Below are positions 59,471 through 64,000 of a DNA stretch of 64,000 nt, piece after piece; the first letter of the stretch is position 1, and each line of letters begins with the position of its first letter. The notes under the pieces were generated by a model, which ran no database searches, had not been told where the DNA came from, and saw nothing but the letters and a program-made list of their open reading frames with translations. The position numbers and the translations under genes are program-made. The DNA is from Octopus sinensis (taxonomy: Eukaryota): assembly GCF_006345805.1 (NCBI RefSeq), contig NC_043026.1, positions 9,672,001-9,736,000 on the forward strand. Direction: 5' to 3'.

Positions 59471-59879
59471 AGCAATCTTTCGTCTCTTGTAGACCTTTCC
59501 GTCGATTTCCGTAAAAAAATTCTTTCTCTTTTTTACATATGGGCTTGCGGGAACTTTTGAAGTAATGAGAGCGAAAGAGACTAAGAGAAAGCGATTGCAT
59601 GACAAAGGAAGTTCTTTTGAAGTTACCGTGCATGGCAAGCAATGATGTACATGTGTGAGTTTGTGTGTGTGTTTGATGGGGTGTGGGAGACAGAAAGTAT
59701 GTTGTGTAAGTGAAGTGCTTCTGTTAGTATGTGTGAAAGAAAGAGATAACTGAAATTTTTTACTCGGTGTATGTGTACATGTATGTATATTACTTCAAAA
59801 GTTCCCGCAAGCCCATATGTAAAAAAAAAAAAATTTTACGGAAATCGACGGAAAGGTCTACTAGAGACGAAAGATCGCC
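59471..59879. mobile_element. MITE (GGCGATC family), no TSD, with adjacent deletion
   Basis: Family TIRs are present. The flank lacks ~30 bp present in the paralogous site at ~52864-52890. Confidence 0.85.
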
Positions 59880-60858
59880 CCTAACATTCCTGGTGCCAAC
59901 TTCTACATGTTCCAAGCGAGCTTATAAGTCTCCCTGTCTGTCGAACAACAAATAGCCCCATCGCAGTTACATTAAGATCAGAGGGCGAAGCGAATGATAC
60001 TAGCTCAGTGAGACTTTCATTCACAAAGAACATGCAATATATCAATATATGTGAAGGAGCGAAACCAGGTTGAGGCAGTGGACTTAAAGCAAATGACTGA
60101 GGCTTGTACTGATAGTATCTGTGGCCCAACAGATACAAAAAGAAGCCAATTGCATACGTATATATATATGCGCTTGTGTCAATGTCCACTGCCTCATCCT
60201 GTTTTAAGGCGGCGAGCTGGCAGACACGTTAGAGCGTCGGGCGAAATGCTTAGCCGTATTTCGTCTGTCGTTACGTTCTGAGTTCAAATTCCACCGAGGC
60301 CGACTTTGCCTTTCATCCTTTCGGGGTCGATAAATAAAGTACCAGTTACGCACTGGGGTCGATGTAATCGACTTAATACCTATGTCTGTCCATGTTTGTC
60401 CCCTCTGTGTTTAGCCCCTTGTGGGTAATAAGGAAATAGGTATTTCGTCTGTCGTTACGTTCTGAGTTCAAATTCCGCCGAGGTCGACTTTGCCTTTCAT
60501 CCTTTCGGGGTCGACAAATAAAGTACCAGTTTCGCACTGGAGTCGATGTAATCGACTTAATCCCTTTGTCTGTCCTTGTTTGTCCATTCTATGTTCAGCC
60601 CCTTGTGGGCAATAAAGAAATACACCCTGTTTTCGCTCCTTCACATATATTGATATACTGTATGATCTTTGTGAATGAAAGTCACATTGAACCAGTGTCA
60701 TCCACTTCGCTACCAGTTCTTCGTGCAACCACGTTGGGGGCTATTTGTTGCTCGACAGACAGGGCGACTTATAAGCTCGCTTGGAAGATGCAGAAGTTGG
60801 CCCCAGGAATGTTAGGATTATTAGGAGGATTATAATCAGTGTTTCTACTTAGAATTAC

Positions 60859-61177
60859 GGAGATGTACTCGCATAGCAAGTAATTTGATCTGAGATCGTG
60901 TGCTGAAACGAAAACAATTGCAGCGTGGAAGGTGTTTGTAAGCCATTTAAGAAACACACAAAAGCCGTTCGATTCACTTCAACATTTAAGTTTTATTTGT
61001 CAAGATATTTTCGTCGCTAAAATCCGCGACCTTTTGCACGGATGTTTGTCAGTGAACAGGTCGCGGATTTTAGCGACGAAAATATTTTGACAAATTAAAC
61101 TTAAATGTTGAAGTGAATCGAACGGCTTTTGTGTGTTTCTTAAATGGCTTACAAACACCTTCCACGCTGCAATTGTT
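60859..61177. mobile_element. Insertion with a ~120-bp-arm palindrome and 13-bp TSD
   Basis: TACTTAGAATTAC at 60846-60858 and 61178-61190; arms 60912-61032 and 61058-61178. A diverged single-orientation copy lies at ~36670-36785. Confidence 0.85.
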
Positions 61178-61427
61178 TACTTAGAATTACCTTCATATAA
61201 AACATCTAAAACTAGTTCAAGAAACTTTTTTGTTGCATAAACAGATAGACCAGGAATGGCCTTTAGCTGAAAAGTACGGGCAAGATATTTCTTTATTAAC
61301 CTATAAAGGTTTTACAAGAACAGACGAAGAGACATTCAAGCTACAAACTCGCTTCTTACATACAGTGTGAAAAACCGGATGGAAAAAGTACGGACAAGAG
61401 TTAGCTCCCATATGGTTAATACACCAT

Positions 61428-61621
61428 ATACGCATGTGCCGTAATTGTGGTTCCGCTTTGGTTTTTTAAACGAAGTTTGTCTCGTGCACGTCTCTTAATT
61501 AAATTTTAAAAGCACTTTTGATACCTTTCTCAACTTCACACACACTCATTTTGAGTACGTTTAACACCTATTATACACACACTTTTAACAACTCTTTCCT
61601 TTATGAAGCATTTCCGTAAGT
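61428..61621 (+). promoter_or_regulatory. Promoter / exon-1 block of ZNF unit 9
   Basis: CGCATGTGCCGTAATTGTGGTTCCGC at ~61431-61456; donor ATTTCC|GTAAGT at 61616. Confidence 0.62.
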
Positions 61622-62439
61622 GTTGCCGCCTTATACCCATTTTACTAATTAATTCTGTCGCTTTACTGACATTTTACTAATTGACTTGATATCACAATGT
61701 AAACGTCGATCATGCCGAGGTCCGCTTTGCTTTTCATCCTCTCGGGGTCGATAAATAAAGTACCAGTTTCGCACTGGAGTCGATGTAATCGACTTAATCC
61801 GTTTGTCTGTCCTTGTTTGTCCCCTCTATGTTTAGCCCCTTGTGGGCAGTAAAGAAATACATAAGTTTTCAGAAATAACAGGCCAATCAATATTTGGATC
61901 TTTTCCTTTTGAACGTCACTTTTCGACACAATTTCTAGTTAACTAAACACTTTTAAACTTCGTATACTGGTAGAATGTGTCAAAAATAAAACATTTTTTT
62001 TCTCTTGGCTTTCTTGAGAAAATTGTAATTTGTAAGTTTAACGTAGTTTAATTTTTCGAATTTTAACCAATCCTATCGCCTCTATTGAGCTGAAATCATT
62101 TGCTGCGTCTAAAACTGAGACAACATGGATAAAGTAAACACAATTGAAAGAGAGAGAGAGAGAGGGGGGGTATGATTTACATTCTACATTGTAAGAATTT
62201 TAAAAGCATAATTTGCTCCATTGCTCTCTATGTGGTCACATGACCTACTAGATAGACCTAATGGAATGTTTCCCTTAAATTTCACCTTTCATTTATGAGT
62301 ATTGAAGACTATTGGATGATGTGATCCTAGATATACAATGCTAAAGAGAAAGAAAGGATGAAAAGTCTTTAATCATATTTCTGCTCAGAGACACCTCAGG
62401 GTTAAACAACAATGTCAAATTATAAGTTCAGTTGTTCAG

Positions 62440-62538
62440 GTAAATTTTTATTTCTGTAGAAATGTAAATTTTCCACTTTTGAATGTGTTTTTTTAAGTAG
62501 CCTCCATATTTTACACTGATGTTTCTTTATTGTTTCAG
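62440..62538 (+). other. 99-nt intron in the 5' leader of unit 9 (conserved in paralogues)
   Basis: TTCAG|GTAAAT ... TTTCTTTATTGTTTCAG|AATATC. The same donor and acceptor occur on the minus strand near 12337/12222, 27583/27473, 38428/38323, 50995/47993 and 57807/57708. Confidence 0.75.
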
Positions 62539-62701
62539 AATATCATATGACATTGGGACAACTGAAGATACATCCTCAATATTTATCATCTTTGAAGACT
62601 GAAAGAAAATGATGTAAAAAGCAAATTCTTTGTAAAGAGTGAACTATAAGAAGGAAAACTGGAACAATATATATATACATTGTGATTTGAGGAGGAAAAT
62701 A

Positions 62702-63877
62702 ATGGAAAAGAGTGAGAAAGTAGAAGAATTGATTTCCCATGAAAACATAAAAGAGATTAGAAAGTCCTCATATGACTGCGATGTCTGTAAAAGGTCCTTC
62801 TCTCAAGAAAGTGGCCTCACTGAACACAAACTTATTCATAGACAAGAAAAGCTATATCATTGTGATATCTGTGGTAAATCATTCTCTCACAGTAGTAATC
62901 TTTCTAAACACAAGCGTGTTCACAGAGGAGAGAAGTCCTATCACTGTGATATCTGTGGTAAATCATTCTCTCAAAGTAGTAATCTTTCTACACACATACG
63001 TATTCATACAGGAGAGAAACCATATCATTGTGATATTTGTGGTAAATCATTCTCTCATAATCGTAACTTAACTGTACACAGACATAGTCATACTGGACAG
63101 GAGCCATATCCGTGTGATATCTGTGGTAAATCATTCTCTCAAAATAGCCAGTTAACTAAACATAAACGTATTCATTCAGGAGAAAAACCATTTCATTGTG
63201 ATATCTGTGGTAAATCATTCACTGACTGTAGTAATTTAAATTCACACAAACGTATTCATACGGGTGAGAAGCCATATCATTGTGATATCTGCAGTAAATC
63301 ATTCTCAAGTAATAGTCACTTAACTGCACACATACGTTTTCATACACAGGAGAAGCCATATCATTGTGATACATGTGGTAAATCATTCTCTCAAAATAGT
63401 CACTTAACTGTACACGTACGTATTCATACAGGAGAGAAACCGTATCATTGTGATATCTGTGGTAAATCATTCTCTGATAGTAGTGTTTTACCAAGACACA
63501 AATGTATTCATGCGGGAGAGAAATCATATCACTGTGATATCTGTGGTAAATCATTTTTTGATAGTAGTAATTTAACTAGACACAAACTTACTCATACAGG
63601 GGAGAAGCCTTATCAGTGTGATATCTGTGGTAAATCATTTTCTCAAAATGGTGATTTAACTAAACATAAACGTATTCATACAGGAGAGAAACCATATCAT
63701 TGTGATATCTGTGGTAAATCATTCTCTAATAGTAGTGTCTTAATTAAACACAAACGTGGTCACACGGGAGCGAACGCATATGATTGTGATTTTTGTGGTG
63801 AATCATTTTCTGGAAATAGTCTCTTAATCGAACACAAACTTATTCATACAGGGGAGAAAAAGAAAAGTCTAGTTTGA
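62702..63877 (+). CDS. C2H2 zinc-finger protein, ~391 aa, 13 fingers (unit 9)
   Basis: Uninterrupted ORF. The conserved ATG at 62702 gives [12 protein letters not shown]; the track start at 62639 is GTG. Confidence 0.93.
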   Translation: MEKSEKVEELISHENIKEIRKSSYDCDVCKRSFSQESGLTEHKLIHRQEKLYHCDICGKSFSHSSNLSKHKRVHRGEKSYHCDICGKSFSQSSNLSTHIRIHTGEKPYHCDICGKSFSHNRNLTVHRHSHTGQEPYPCDICGKSFSQNSQLTKHKRIHSGEKPFHCDICGKSFTDCSNLNSHKRIHTGEKPYHCDICSKSFSSNSHLTAHIRFHTQEKPYHCDTCGKSFSQNSHLTVHVRIHTGEKPYHCDICGKSFSDSSVLPRHKCIHAGEKSYHCDICGKSFFDSSNLTRHKLTHTGEKPYQCDICGKSFSQNGDLTKHKRIHTGEKPYHCDICGKSFSNSSVLIKHKRGHTGANAYDCDFCGESFSGNSLLIEHKLIHTGEKKKSLV

Positions 63878-64000
63878 ATGGGTTCTTTTGTATATTACTT
63901 TTTTTATATTTCTGATTTATGTAATGAAAATTATGGATGAAAATGATGTTTTTCCAAGAATTTCTTTCTTTCCAAATTTTCTCCCAATCTCCCCTACTTC

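Noticed and set aside
62200-62702. A KRAB/BTB/SCAN-like effector domain encoded by upstream exons
   Set aside because: Upstream exons give only a short uORF out of frame with the ZNF, and no such domain pattern is recognisable.

Overview
AT-rich animal genomic DNA, almost certainly a coleoid cephalopod (Octopus-like). This assignment is inferred from the CDICGKSFS...HTGEKPYH C2H2 arrays, the tRNA-derived SINE families and the (TA)n density. The window is part of a tandem C2H2 zinc-finger gene cluster with nine paralogous units: eight on the minus strand and one on the plus strand. Four have uninterrupted ORFs (31060-32076, 45986-47830, 56295-57548, 62702-63877), one is frameshifted at an internal duplication junction (36831-38161), and four look dead (about 9770-10553, 14155-15630, 25320-27131, 29360-30625). 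The paralogues share a duplicated cassette: a GGAA/ACTAyAATT/GCGCATGCGC promoter block, a non-coding exon 1, an exon 2, a ~99-nt intron with a spliced upstream ORF, a single coding exon and a conserved 3' block. The spaces between genes are filled with nested mobile DNA. This includes CR1- and RTE-type LINE fragments, a mariner with an open ORF in a ZNF 5' UTR, a Helitron, piggyBac-like and Merlin-like MITEs, foldback palindromes, three SINE families (one forming head-to-tail multimers), Penelope-like pieces with hammerhead-like motifs, and mini/microsatellites. No true rRNA, tRNA or CRISPR features were found. All calls come from reading the sequence by eye; no database searches were run and most repeat boundaries are approximate.
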